From the NCBI GenBank assembly GCA_030265395.1, contig JARFYF010000060.1:11494507-11558506 (forward strand): a stretch of DNA of 64,000 bases, written 5' to 3'. Origin of the DNA: Rhina ancylostomus (taxonomy: Eukaryota). This document shows, in pieces, positions 25,516-39,620 of the stretch. How positions within the stretch are numbered: position 1 is the first letter of the stretch; every line of letters begins with the position of its first letter. The translations under genes were made by a program, and so were the position numbers. Below the pieces are notes generated by a model that was given only the letters and a program-made list of their open reading frames with translations, was not told where the DNA came from and did not search any database.

Positions 25516-25553
25516 CAGTCCAGATGAAGGGTCGCAACCCGAAATGTTGACTG
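25516..25553 (+). ncRNA. Decayed minimal hammerhead ribozyme motif in a Penelope terminal repeat
   Basis: cagtc-CAGATGA-agggtcgcaaccc-GAAA-tgtt-gactg. Stem I cagtc/gactg is perfect and stem II is gggt/accc. The CUGAUGA core has one substitution, so it is probably inactive. Confidence 0.55.
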
Positions 25554-28500
25554 TCCATTTTCATTCGTAGGTGATGACTGACCTGATTAGTTCATACAGA
25601 ATCTTNNNNNNNNNNNNNNNNNNNNNNNNNNNNNNNNNNNNNNNNNNNNNNNNNNNNNNNNNNNNNNNNNNNNNNNNNNNNNNNNNNNNNNNNNNNNNNN
25701 NNNNNTTCCTCCAGCATCTTGTGTGTTGTTTCAGATTCCAGTGTCTGCACTCTCTTGTGTCTTTCTTCTTTGGAAATTATTGCTTTCTCTCTGACCTCAC
25801 TTCTGTTTTCTGAAAATCGTCTCCTGAAACTTCATGGCCATCTTTCCCAGAACTTGTGTTTGTCTTACTGCCACTCAGGGCTCTGTCTCGCCCACAGTGC
25901 TAAAATGCCTCCTACAAAAGTAAGAAGTTACAACTGATGTGACTATGACCTGGATAAACTATCCCTCTTCATTTTCCTTGATCTATCAGCTTTTCTGTCA
26001 CCATCCCTGCGATGTGTGGAACTGCTCTCTCCGTGTTCCATTCCTGTCTAAACATGGTAAGAAAAGAAATGCTTCTGAAGGCTTCTCTTCCTGGTCCTGC
26101 ACCTTCATGTTGGAGTCACCTTCCATCTGCTCAGCACTAGGTTTGCCAGCATAGGATTCCAAAAATAACAGACATCGTGTGGATGTGGCCTGTTTGTAGA
26201 CAAGGTCACAGTAGCCCACTGAATAAAGAAAAGTCCAGGGAGCAGAAAAGGCTTATTGTCCTCGGCCGCCCTCTGTAACTGTGAACGTTATAGTCAACGG
26301 ATACTGAATAAAATAATATTAAGTAAGTGAAAAAGGAAACAAATATAACGTCTGTGCCCAGGGGGACTTCATTTTGTTGTGATAAAGTGACAGACCTTTG
26401 CCCACAAGTATCGTACCCCAGCTTTATACTGAGCCAGACCTGTTCCCAGTTGTATTGCATCCCAGCATTCTACCATGCCAGACCTCTGCATACTGCTTGA
26501 TTGCAATGTTATGCAGTCATGGACCTTTACCCACCTGTATTGTACCCCAAGGTTATAGAATTTTTTGAACATTTATTTATTTCTCGAGGTTGAATGTTGC
26601 TGGCAAGTCTAGTGTTTATTACCCAACTCTAATTGCCTTTGAGAAGGTGGAGGTAAGCCATTTTCTTGAACCACTGCATTCTTTACGGTGAAGGTATCCT
26701 CATAGTGTTGTTGGGGGCGGGGGGGGGGGCGGCGCACGGGAGTTCCAGAATTTAGGCAAAGTAACATTGGAGTAACCGGGATATATTTCCATGTCAGGAT
26801 AGTNNNNNNNNNNNNNNNNNNNNNNNNNNNNNNNNNNNNNNNNNNNNNNNNNNNNNNNNNNNNNNNNNNNNNNNNNNNNNNNNNNNNNNNNNNNNNNNNN
26901 NNNNNNNNNNNNNNNNNNNNNNNNNNNNNNNNNNNNNNNNNNNNNNNNNNNNNNNNNNNNNNNNNNNNNNNNNNNNNNNNNNNNNNNNNNNNNNNNNNNN
27001 NNNNNNNNNNNNNNNNNNNNNNNNNNNNNNNNNNNNNNNNNNNNNNNNNNNNNNNNNNNNNNNNNNNNNNNNNNNNNNNNNNNNNNNNNNNNNNNNNNNN
27101 NNNNNNNNNNNNNNNNNNNNNNNNNNNNNNNNNNNNNNNNNNNNNNNNNNNNNNNNNNNNNNNNNNNNNNNACTTTACTCGTAGAAATACCAAGTGCCCC
27201 AGTTTCATTCATAACATGACGTGAATGCAGTAGGGTCCCACTGCTGTACTTGCAGATATGTTCCACATTTAAAAGTACAGCAAAGGTTCTCATTCTTGAT
27301 TCTATTTGATTCAAAATTGAAAATAATTAAAGAATGACTCAAATTGCTGGAGCTACTCAGCAGGTCAGACAGCATCTGTGGAGAGAGAAACACAGAATTA
27401 GTGTGTTCTGGAAAACAATCTGTGGTTCTTGTTTTTCCCTCTTGATCTGCTGAGAATGTCCATCGTTTTCTGTATCTATTTTAGATTTTCGGTATCTGCA
27501 GATTTTTGGATTTGTCAAAGTGATTAAAAAATATTGATGAGGGTATTCCTCTCATTGATTGAACATTGCACGTTCAATTTTAGGTCATTAGCTTTTTGGA
27601 TGATGGTAAGAAAAGCACAGTGGTGTGACGGGACATGATGATCAGTCCTCATGGTATGAGCAGGCCTGTAGGATTGGCTGGTCTTGTCCTGCCCATCAAT
27701 AGTGTAGAAAACTTTTCCTCACTACCTCGCACAGGAGCCTGGCCAGAGCAGTGAGTGTGGAACAAAGTAGGTGTTGGGATCACATGAATGTAGAGAAAAA
27801 AAAACACTCCGGCAGAAGTCAATGACATACAGTGTGAATAGAAAAGGGAAGAAAGTAAATATTTTAAAAGATTACCTGAAGTACCATTGTTGCTTATAGG
27901 AGTCGTTGCAGGTACAACTATTGGGGAAATGAGGGAACTTCCAAATTCAAATTTTTTTGTCCACCCTCTTCTTCCTTTTCCTTTCTATATCCTGGATGTA
28001 GCCCTGTACCGTTTCTTTTATAGTGCGTAAACCAGCACTATTTATGGAGTGTGTGAATAGCATTCTGAGGGACTGTAAGTTGAACTCCAAATAACAGTGA
28101 ATTGTGATCACACCCAGAATATTATTTCATTTCCAATGTATTTCTTACAAACATGCAAGGAAGCCATCTGACCCATTGGGTCTATACTTTACAATGTTTT
28201 ACCATTGATCTTATTTCACTATAACCTGTTCTCTCATACATGCCCATCAACTCCACTCTGATTCTCTGCCTCCTATTTACACCAGGGGCAATTTCCAGTG
28301 GCCAATGAACCTATCAAATGGCACATCTTTGGGATCTGGGAGAAAACCAAAGCACTTGGGGTAAAGTCACCAGTATAGGAAGAACACACAAAATCCATAT
28401 AAACAGCACCCGAGGTCAGAATCGAACCTGAAGCTCTGAGTCTGCAACACTACCTGCTGTGCCACTGTGCCATCCATTACTTTGTGGAGATATATTTGTT

Positions 28501-29470
28501 TAGCTTTTTAATGTTTCAGGGAGCCATTCTTCAGAAAGACACTGAGCAAGCTGTCTTACCTCTGGCTTGTGAATAGGAGGGAGAACAACAAAATTATGCC
28601 TTTGTTTTAACGTAGCTCAAAAGTTGACAGTCTTTTTACCAAGTTCAGGTCCATATATCTGATTCACAAATGTTTTTTTATAATGTACTAATAAACCATT
28701 AACATTTGCTTTTTTCAATGAGATACATCTTTCTTGTATGATGTGCAAAGGTAGCTGTCACTTTTTCACCTTAACCATGAATTGATTAACAATGCTATTT
28801 CGGTTTAAATCTTCCTAATCCGACATAATTATGTGTCAGATTTTCCACAGAAACTAAACAGTGCTATCACATGGGGTCATAATCATATGAGGGCATTCTA
28901 TTCATCTGGAAAGTAGTTAGTTTTTAACGCAAGTAACCCTTCCAAAGTCATAGTTGCCTTGCTGCTTCATGTGAATGTGCAGTACAAAATTACGTGTGGG
29001 TTCATTCCTGAGGGTGAGTAAGATGTTCTTGTGAGATGTAACTTTTTGCGTGAATCTGATCAAGTTCTTCATTTCCATATGTCAGTTTAAAGGTCAAAAC
29101 TCGTGACTGGACTGATGAGGCCTGGTGCTGTCAATTACTGTTGTCATTAGCCTGCATATATAAACCATCATTTCAGAACGTGCATGGATCAGTAGATTCC
29201 CTTGGAGTTCACCAATCTTCTGCCTGCCAGTGGGAGCCGAATCTCCTGATGTTCCCATTGGTCGGCAGCGATACAGGCTCCGCTGGGAAATGTAAGAACA
29301 CAAGGGTTGCTGAATGTCTTCAGACTAAATGAGATCCTGAGAGGGACTGGGTTCTCTGGCTTGGTCTGGAGCTCTGGGCTGGGTCAGGGTTTACTGACAA
29401 TTCTTGGTTGGAATTATACTACAAAGCCTGGTGTGAATGTCATGTTCTTTCCAATTACAATTCTGTAATG

Positions 29471-29550
29471 AACTTAATCTAGCTGTTAAACTTAATCTAG
29501 CTGTTAAACTTAATCTAGCTGTTAAACTTAATCAAACTTAAACTTAATCT
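29471..29550. repeat. Tandem repeat, 18-bp unit aacttaatctagctgtta, 3 full copies plus partial copies
   Basis: Read directly from the sequence. Confidence 0.9.
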
Positions 29551-32052
29551 CTCTATCAATGGAAGCAAGGTCATTTGCAGAAGCAGTTGAAGATAGTTGG
29601 GTTGAGAAATTGCCCTGAGGAATTATGGCAGTGATTCTTCGGGTTGGGATGATTAACGTCCGAAAACCACATCCATCTTCCTTTGAATAAACCATTGGAA
29701 TATTTCCTCATTGATGCCCTTTGATTTAAGTTTTACCAAGGCTCCTTGATATCACACTTGGTCAAATGCTGCCTTGATAATGTCACTCTGGTTTGGACAA
29801 AGGACATAAGGAGATCTGGAGCAGAGTGACTCTGAAGAAACCCAAACTGGTGACTGGTGAGCAGGTTATTGTTGATCACAAATTTTCGACTGGATATCGA
29901 TGTAACAGCCAGTGCTCTTAAGATCAAAACATCAGAAATCCAAAAGCACAGTATTGTAGATGCTGGAAATCTGAAATAAAAAGGAAATGTTGGAAATATT
30001 CAGCAGGTCAGTCAGCATCTATGGAAGGAGAACAGAGAAAACATTTCAAGTTAAGGACGGACAAGTTAGTAATGAAACAAGTTTTATGTTGCAGGAAAGG
30101 TCAAAGCCGAGTTTATTGTCAGATGCACAAGTATGTGTATGCACAGGTGCAATGAAAAACATGTAGCAGCATCAGAGGCACACAGCATCACATACACAAC
30201 ATTCACAAGAGAAGCATAAATTATACATAATTTTTACAAGGAAGAGCACAATTAGAACAAAAACACAAATGGGGGAGGGATTGAGGGAACAAAGGGGATG
30301 TCTGTCATTGGGTGGAGACCAGCAGAAATGAAATGGCGTAAGTGGTGCTGGTGCTGGCTGAGAGTGGGTGGTCAAGGTATGTCTGGTGGAGATGTAGGCA
30401 GGAGGAGAGATTAAATTTGAAGTGCCAGAACAGGAATGAGAGAGAACTGAAGACAAACTGAATGCTGGAATGTGGAGATGCAAGATTAGAATAACTGATT
30501 AGCTGAAACAGTTGAATATACTGTAACAGTGTAGGACCCCAAAGAGAGGTCATAGTGGGAGTGCATTAGCTGATTGGGAACAGTAGAGTTTTCCCTTGTC
30601 TTCCTTTCTAAATGGAACGAGTCAGTCATAGTACAATGCGGTGAGCTGGGAAATGTGAGGTGGCAGAAATTGTTTCTTGTGGGCCACTGGGTAAAATATT
30701 TATTAAGTTTCTCCCACTTCCAGAAGATGCAGTGCATTCAGATTGAGACACACCTTGCAAGTGGTTTATGCATTGGTCATTTTGTGGAAGGAACATTGTC
30801 TTGTGAGAACTGTTAACCCAATACTGGTATATTTGTTTGGGGCAGGGGAATGAGAATATGCTAGAGAACAAAAAAATCAGGTCAGTAGATACTGAAATAG
30901 TTTTGGAGGCACTACAGCCCCAGGGATAATTCCACGAATCCTTGTTCTAATCAGACTAGACGTGTGTATTAATTACTGGTACTCTGATGGCTCCACTTAG
31001 TTGAATGGTATCTTGGTGTTAAGGGCGGCCATCTCTTGAACTCACCTCTGTAGTGCTTACATGGACAAAATGATTTTGGGTGTCAGGGTGAAGGTGGAAC
31101 TTGCTTGAGATGGTGATATGCCGTGAATGGGAACAGTTTTAAATGAGAATGACATAAATTTGCATGCTTGTTCTTGATTATCCATAAGTTCAAAGGCTGC
31201 TGTTTCAGACTTGCATTAATAGAGCTGAATGTGTGAAATGTGGTCAGGATTGTAGAAACTGGGTAAAGGTCAAAGAATGGAAGTCATACTTAAGTGTTAC
31301 ATTTGTATTTCCAAATTTGGCAAACTTGGAAAGAAAAAATAACACCAAATTGTTGGCAACTTCATGCAGGATTATCTCGGAGCCTGTTCCAAAGCAGCTT
31401 TTTGTAACTCTTAACAAATTCCTGCTTTTTTATATACCAGGCCTTTTACATTATATATTTTGTTGATATTCATGTTCAGAATACAGTCTTTGGCTTTCAT
31501 GGCTCATAGCAGGAGTAGCTCATGCAACACTTTCCATCATTTACATAGATCTTAACTTGTCTGTGCCACCATAACCTACCTTTCTTCCAGTTCATTGCCA
31601 GCCTTCACCATGTTCCCTCTGTAGTTGCTTGGTTGGATGCTTTTGTTGGAACCTTTCTTGCATGACTTCCACAAACTGGTGTCCAACTTGAGAACCTTGG
31701 GGAGGAAAAGGTCATCTCTCCTCTCTGTGAAATATTTCTTGGCACATAACTGAATGTGATTCTGATTGACATTTGAGAGAAAAAAAATTATCAATTTTGC
31801 CTGCAGTTTTCCATTACAGCACAAGTGCTTATTTACTGAAAACATTGCACTGTCATTAGTAAACATCATATGAAGGAACTCACCTTGCAGATAATCTTGC
31901 CAGCTTGTTGACTCTAGTGCAGACGTTCTCTTACTTCGGAGAGATTCATCACTGGGGTGAATATCTGCTTCTGCTAGATTACTGTAATTTTTTAATTGGG
32001 TTGTAAAATTCATGTAATTCTTTGTTATTTTTGTTATATTTTCAAATTATAG

Positions 32053-32178
32053 AAGTAGTAAGCAGTATGGCATTTTGTTCAGGGAGTTGGGGATGGAGAC
32101 CAATTGTCCTTGAAAAGCTTCAAAGAATTTCACCAGTCAGGAACATTTCCAGATCGATTCTGTGTTTCTAAGACACAG
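32053..32178 (+). other. Candidate 5'UTR exon of the IgV gene, containing a 34-aa uORF (32067-32171)
   Basis: Long T-rich acceptor ending ttcaaattatag and donor CAG|gtaatc. All three frames contain stops. Confidence 0.3.
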
Positions 32179-33329
32179 GTAATCAGAGGGGCATAAAAAG
32201 ATGATGTTTTATTTTTATATTTTATAAAGTTATTTTTATATTTTATCTTTACTTTGGATTGCTGGTTCTCCTTTGCTATGGCTGAATAAATCTTATGTCA
32301 TGATCTCTAGTTCCGAAATGTTCCTCTACTGAAACTTGGTATAGAAGTTTTTGTATTGAAGTGCTTTCTTTTGAGCTTGGTAACCAAAAATGTCAGGGGT
32401 TTGTGTATTGTGTTGGGAGGTGGAGAAAATTAAAGGGGGGGGGGCGGTTGTTGGTTAGGGGTTGGTTGGAGCTTAAGGTGGGGGGGGGTGGGGGTTGGGT
32501 TTTGAGGGTTAATGTAAAAGTTCCAAGGCTTTGGAGAACTTTCCTGGCTCCCTTTGCTGTTTGAAGTACTTCAGCTAAACTAAATGCAAAGTACTGAAAA
32601 GCTGATTTCAAGTTTACACTGCTTTTGCCTCTATACTTTTACTCACGAGAAAATAACAAGCCTGCAAACCTTCTTTTCATTGCACCAACAATGAGAGGGG
32701 ACAAGTCTTCACACAGTGAGTAATGAGCAGCCCTCAGCTCAAAATTCAGCTGAAATGTTTCCTTTGTTATAGATGGGCCTGCAGGACATACGTACTCAAG
32801 TACTTTTGAACTGTAAACTGCTGCTGCACTTCTTACATTACAGCACTATTCTTGCACAGAAAGTTGATGTGATATGGTGCACAATTTTAGCAGAAGTCTT
32901 TAATCAAATACAACACTTATTTCCTCTGCTAAGTTAATTGCAACTTATGACTGCATGATTTTGAATTAGTTATTATATTTCGATACATAAGAAGATGACT
33001 GCTGATTAGAGTAACCGGATAACAAACTGTGAAAGGTAAGAACAGGCTTCTTTCAAGGGATGGTGACAGGGTGAGTAGTTGTGCATTCAAAGAGCTTAAT
33101 TCAGTGGAGGCCTACCCTCCTTTGACTTTAAACACCAGAGATTCTCTCTGGGCTTTATGCACACCATCTGTTCCTGCTGATAACTCCTTATGGCTTCTGC
33201 TGAAATTAACTTTCACTTGGGTTTCGAAAACCAGCTCGGCCTTCTTTCAGTTCCCTACCATTGTCCACATTTTGAAAAGTTGCATTCATCGAGTCACTCA
33301 GTGAAACTGCACAGAGCCAGCCAGGGCAG

Positions 33330-34320
33330 GGGAGTCCAGAACTATAATGCACAGGTTTAAAGTGAGAGGGGAGAAGTTTAAGGAAGATCTGAGGAATTTT
33401 TCACACAGCAGATGGTGATTAAATGGAATGATCTGCCAAAGGGGGTAGTGGGGGCAGACACAATTACATGTTTATTAGGCATTTGGACAGGTACTTGAAT
33501 AGGAATTTTTACGTACCTGCAACAATAGAAACACACCGAGTCATGTATAAGTGTTAGAAACTATTTCATTAATAACTACTTGTAATAATAAGAATAAGAA
33601 AAACAAAAACATTAGATATCAAACATAATCCCCAAAACTAAACTCGAAGTGTGTGTGTGGCAAATTCCCAAACCCCAAGTCTAGGAATAGTTCTCAAAAT
33701 TCAGTTCAGCAATTCATAAGGTGAAACATGAGCAAAGGCTTTTGCATAACCACGATTGACTGAAGACAAAACATAGAGAGAAATTACAAAATCCACATGT
33801 TCCACGATGGAACCCATACGACACCTCAATCTCCGATGATCTCCACTGCTTTGTTCCAAAGTACCTGCCACCCCAAAAGGCATTCGATACGTGGCCACCC
33901 ACACAAATACCTGTTTCCCACTACAAGTTTCCCACTACAAAGTGGACTCCACTTGTTTGCTCCAAAAATCCATAGTCTTCATCCATTGTTATGGAGACCA
34001 GCAGTCAGTCTCTCTCTTGCTCTCTCTCACNNNNNNNNNNNNNNNNNNNNNNNNNNNNNNNNNNNNNNNNNNNNNNNNNNNNNNNNNNNNNNNNNNNNNN
34101 NNNNNNNNNNNNNNNNNNNNNNNNNNNNNNACACACCTACTCTACTGTCCAGGTGCCTTAAAGGGACCTTCACCAAATAGCAACCTGGCTCACAACAGAA
34201 TGGATAGAGGGATACGGGCCTAAGGTAGGCAAATGGGATTAGCATAGATAGGCATCATGGGCAAGGTGGGCTGAAAGGACCCATTTTGGTGCTGTATGCT
34301 TCTACGATTATCTGATTCTA
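33330..34320 (+). mobile_element. CR1 3' end split by a solo-LTR insertion
   Basis: CR1 tail ..ggacaggtacttgaataggaat resumes as gaatggatagagggatacgggcc after the insert. Confidence 0.8.
33507..34197 (-). mobile_element. Solo LTR (Gypsy-type) with 4-bp TSD
   Basis: TSD gaat at 33503-33506 and 34198-34201. Termini ttttacg...cacaaca look like decayed tgttacg...cgtaaca. Internal gap at a CT/CA microsatellite. Strand is tentative. Confidence 0.7.
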
Positions 34321-37300
34321 GCAGAGACTCTATGGTGAAGGGCCCCCATCCATGCTGCAACCTCTCTGGAGAAGCCACGCAGACCGCTGTACTGAGTTTA
34401 AATGAAAACTGCAGCTTCATGTTGGGAAGGTTACCACTGATAACTTGAGTCCAATGTTAGCCAGCCAAGTTATTCCCCATCTCCAAGTTTTTCATAAATT
34501 ACTGCAGAGTTCACCATAAGAAGTCATGCAAGTCCTCTGTGTTCTGTAGATTGGTTGGTGTTAGAGCTACAGGCAGATCCTCTTGGGGGATATCAAAACC
34601 TGAATGTTGCACTTGTTACAGAAAGGTCAACCCTTTTCTCTTGGTATACCACAACATTATATAAGTTGGTAAATTCTTTGTAAAAGGATTTACAGATTAA
34701 GCTTCTGTACAAGAATTCCAACTTGCTGTTATTAACATTTTTGTGAACACAAAAGAAAGGGACTTTGATTTAAGTTTGTGCATTGCGTGTTTTTCAAGAG
34801 TGTGCTTGGTTATAATTTCCATTTTTTTATCCCTTAATGTAGTCTTGTTTGCAGACCTTTCGTAATGGCATACACTTCATACCCAGTCAGAGCAGCTCTC
34901 CTTGAGCAGCATGAGGGTCACTGAAAACTTCTAAATACTTTCTTTCGCAAACACATGTATCTTTCTGACTACATTCTCAATGCGGTCTCCGCAGAGACTA
35001 CACACCCTGCAGACCTGCATCATTGACTCAGGGAAACAAAGTAGCTTGTGGCAGCTTTCCAAATATTAACCAGTCTCTTTGTGGCTGAGAAGGACTCAAC
35101 CAAAGTGTTGGGCTATGGCATGGTACAGTCAATGCCCTTAGACTCAACCTTGTCCCTCAGTTTGGCCACTTTCTTAGTGGAAATGTTGCAACAATTAAGT
35201 TTCCTGTTCACCGGTGAGTTAGTGTTTTCTTTGAGAGCATTACTACCACATTTCACTGCATTCTTTGCAAAGTGCTCCCAGATGTTGGCAGGTCAAATAG
35301 TTTCAGTTTCTTCTTTCAAGTTCTGATACACTTAGTCCTCCTTGCTGTTACTAACATTTACATTGTCAACACAGAATTAAGTTGGTGCGATACATGTTTT
35401 TTAAAAATAGGGTTGGTTATTGATTATGCAGTCACCTCACTTACTTGATAGAGGCCAGCACTTCGTTCTTTGCCTTATTCAGTTATCCAATCTCATGGGA
35501 CAAGGGGAAAGTTTTACATCAACTTCATTTCCTTCATTGGTGGTCATGGAGAAGTAGAACTGATCATGATTCCAGATCAAATCTACAAGTTCTGTAGTTT
35601 GTGATATAAACACCACAAATTTTATGATCACTGACTTCAAATACAATATGGACGCAAGCTTCAGTACCTCAGTCAGGAACCTGGAAAAAGCCCCAGATGT
35701 CAGGATGCACTTGATGTTTTTGGGATGCCTGGTCACACTACCTCTGATTAAACCTGACATCCAGTCAACAGAATAGAACCTGGAAGACAATACGTCCAAT
35801 AAGTGATGGTGGGATATAATGGGTTGCAGACATTCCATTGTTTCCTGTCATTCCAATTGTCACCAGCTCAACTGGAGGTTTCTACTAAGCTGGTTCTGAC
35901 ACCAAGAGGAATAAAACACACAAAAGTCACACCACTGAATTACAACACGGGGAGAATGAATGAAATTAGACCATTAACAAAAGCTTATTTTGAAAGCTTA
36001 TTTATCATTGGGTCTGTTAGGGGGTAGGAAACCAAGCTTGGTGCCAAGCCAGCAGTCTTAGTCAACATGCAACAGTTCAGAGATTTCACCAAGTTGTTCT
36101 CTGTACATGGTATTTTAACTTGTGAGGTCTTACAGCTGCTCCAGGGAATTGACATCAATAGAATTCTAACATTTCTCAAAGGAACTTCTCCTCAGAAGGG
36201 TTACTATAGCAGGTCATAGTCGTAAATGACAGGTGAGAGAGACGATACAGGACCAGATGTGAGCAAGCCTGTGGAAATGTAAGGCAAGATGTCAGCAAGG
36301 GCGAGAATGCAGAAATCGATGTGGGATGACAAAGTGAAACATAATGGTTTTTTGCAGAAGACCAAATGGTGGCAAGTCATTCAAAGATTAGCTTTGGGTT
36401 AAACCTGCTGCTAAGTTTTACTCCAGCTTGTGCAATCCAAGAAAATGTTTGTAATCAAGAGACTGCAGATGCTGGAATCTGGAGCAACAAACAATCTGCT
36501 GGAGGATTTTGATCTGAAATGTTGACAATTCCTTCCCACCCAAAGATGCTGCTCGACATGCTGAGTTCCGCCAGCAGATTGTTGATTGTAAAGGGGATGG
36601 ACTTCTTGGCAATCCAGGGTTATTTGTGGTGGGAACTGAATGAAAGCTATTTTCAGATTAGAATTGTAATGTGCCAACCCTGTGGTGATGCAGGGGATAT
36701 TGGAGAAATATGGAGAGCTGTCTTTTTTGGCATGAAATAAAAACGAGGTGATCTGGATGGATTGTGTAACTGGTGCAATTGGGGAAAGTACAGAGATGAA
36801 GTAAACAAATGGTAAGGACATGTCTTTGGGGAGGGACTACAGTAATGAAGGTGTGCAACAGGTGTCCTTGGTGAGAGATGCACCAATTATGATTTGAACA
36901 GCTTTACCTCAAGAGAATTTTCTGTACTTATTGACAGCTAAGGTCAAGAATGATATAGCTTCTAATGACGCAGAAGGAGGCCATTCAGCCCATCAAGTCC
37001 ACATCAGCCCCAGGGGAATAATCCCTTAGTCCCATCCCCCCTCTTATTTCCATGTACTCCTGCAAGTTATTCTATCTCGTATGCCTATCAATTCACCTTT
37101 TATTCTTTTTGCCTTTACCAAAAGGATAATTAACAGTTGGCAATCAGTTTAGCAGCATGTCTTTGGGATGTAGGAGGAAAACAGATTATCCTGGGGAAAC
37201 CCATGTGCAAACTCCAGTCAGACAGGACCTGAGACTGGAATTGAACCTACGGTTTCCTCAGGGTGCTACAGTCTCCTCCCAGATCCAAAGACGTGTAGGT

Positions 37301-38999
37301 TGGGCAGTTAATTGGCCAGTGTAAATTGCTGTAGTGCGCAGGTGAGTGGTAAAATCTCAAGAGAGTTGTTGAGAATGTGGGGAGAATAAAATTTAAGATT
37401 AATGTCAGATTAGAGCAAATGGCTAATTGATTGTCAGCATGGATTTGGTGGACCTAGGGCCTGTTTCTGTCCGGTATCTCCAGATGACTATGACTCACAT
37501 AAATCCATAAGGCTTCTGACAGCTTGGTTTTATTGAGTGCCTGATAGCCAAGTCTTGTGGTTTCCCAGAAGTTATTTCTGAGAAGCTTAATCTGCTTGAG
37601 TCTTAAAAATCTAGGAATGGTTTTAAAAGGAATGAAAGGGAATTGAAGAATTATAGTCTTTTTAGCAGTGACACAGAGGGAGACAGTACTAAAGTCAAGC
37701 TGGTAATGCCAAATTGTGTTTCCTCTATTTGATTTTAAAGTTTTGCAGCAGAGAGTGCTGTGAGGTGGTCCTATTCGCCACATCCTGTGTTGTACGCATT
37801 TGATTCCTCTGTTGTGGTGTTACACTGTGCCGTGTAACTGTCATCGCATTTTCCGTGGACCTGGTGTGTGGTTCTGGTCCATTCTCTTGCCGTCAGTCAT
37901 GCTGTTGCTGCCTCTCTCGGCAGACTTCAAGGGGCCTCTCAGTTTCAGTTTGGTACCTCAACCTTTCACATTCTTCGGAGGTTTTTACTCCAAGGTTATA
38001 AACCCAGACCGGAGCTGTGATCATTGGAGACACCTGGCTCCCTGCTTGCTGAAGAATCCTGATGAGCAAGAACATATGGATCTCCCAGTCATATTTGGGT
38101 TTCTACACATTGCATCTATCAGTCAAGTAGTGGGTAACAACCACAAATCAGATGATACTCACGTTGGCTATTACTCTGGATTTAGGTTTCCATATCTGTT
38201 TGCACCACAGTTTATGCCCAAGTTCCTCCCCAGTTCTATCTCTCCACTTTGCCTTTCTTCCATATGTTTGACTAATATGGATAAACAGCAAGGGCTGACA
38301 GATAACTATAAAAAGCTGACAACTCAGAATCGACCCTGCATGTGAGGTTTCTGAAAAACAATCAGCAATACTGAAAGTGAAACGAAACACAGATTTCCCA
38401 TAACTTGAACCATGATTAAAATAGTTGAATTTCAGTTTTAGAAAGTAAGCTTTTGAAAGCGAATTTTGCAGTGGTTGTGGATTTGAAAATATTGTTAGGA
38501 GAATGTAAAGATTAAACATTAACAAAATACTGCAAGTCAAAAGTTAAAACAAAGAATTCTGAAAATAGTCGGGAGGTCAGACAGTGTCTGGGGAGAGAGA
38601 AAAACAGGGTTAATGTTTTGGATCAATGACCTTTCATTAAAACTGGGAAAAGTTGATTTTAAGTTGCAGAGAAAGAGGGGAGGGCCAGAGATAACAAAAT
38701 GAATAACAAATAGAATGGGGACTGGGAGAATCTGATGGACACAGGTGGTAGTGGTGTTGACTAAGAGGATGGTAAAGGTATGTCTGAAGAAGGTGTGAGT
38801 AGGATGAGACAAATTAAACCTGAAACACCAGAAGAGGAGAGAGAGAAGCTTTGTTGGAACACCAGAGGAAGACAAAGGTCTGGAAACTTGAAGTGGAATG
38901 GAGAACTAAAATATTTTGGGAGCACCCTTGGAGGTTCTATCACGTGGTTATCCAAATCTGTGGACTCAGAGCACAGAAAGAGACTCTTCATGTCCATTC

Positions 39000-39620
39000 T
39001 GACCAACAATTACCCATCTAAACTAATCCCAATTACCAGAACTCAGTCTATAGTCTTCGATACCTAGCTGATTCAAGCACTTGTCTAGACACTTCTTAAC
39101 TGTTGTGAGAGTACCCACTTCCATCATCCACTCAGGCATTGTGTTGCAGTTTGTAACCACCCTCTGTAGTAAAACATTCTTCCTCTGATCCTCCTCTAAA
39201 CTTCTTACCCCCTTTTCTTACACCTATGTCCTCTAGATTTTACAGCAATTGCAATGGCAAGAAGTTTCCCACTGCCTTCTCTGTCTGTGCCCCTCATGAT
39301 TTTATGCACCTCAATCAGGTCCTTCCATTGCTCCAAGGAGGAGAAAAAGCTATCCAGTCTCTCCTGAAGTGAAATGCTGCATCCCAGGCAACATTCTGGT
39401 CAATCTTCTCTGCACCTTTTCCAGTGCAATCATGTCCCTCCTATGGCATTCTGACCAGAACTGCCTACAGTACTCGAGCTATAACCTAGGCAGTGTTTTA
39501 TAAAGTTGTATGATAACTTCCCTGCTCTTGCATTCTCTGCCCTGGCTAATGAAGTATCCCATGTGCATCTTTGTCATCTTATCTACCATTGTTGCCATCT
39601 TCAGGAATCCTTGTACTTTA
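39000..39620 (-). mobile_element. CR1 LINE 3' fragment
   Basis: gtgcccctcatgattttatgcacctc, tctctgcaccttttccag and gaccagaactgc..cagtactc are reverse-strand CR1 RT C-terminal motifs. Confidence 0.75.

Noticed and set aside
29471-29550. Direct-repeat array considered as CRISPR-like
   Set aside because: Head-to-tail repeats without spacers in eukaryotic DNA. It is an ordinary minisatellite.
32430-32510. G-rich tract with G-quadruplex potential
   Set aside because: Low-complexity intronic sequence with no other support for function.
37800-38345. 181-aa ORF
   Set aside because: Non-ATG start, no recognisable domain and no convincing splice sites. Probably chance or a decayed repeat.
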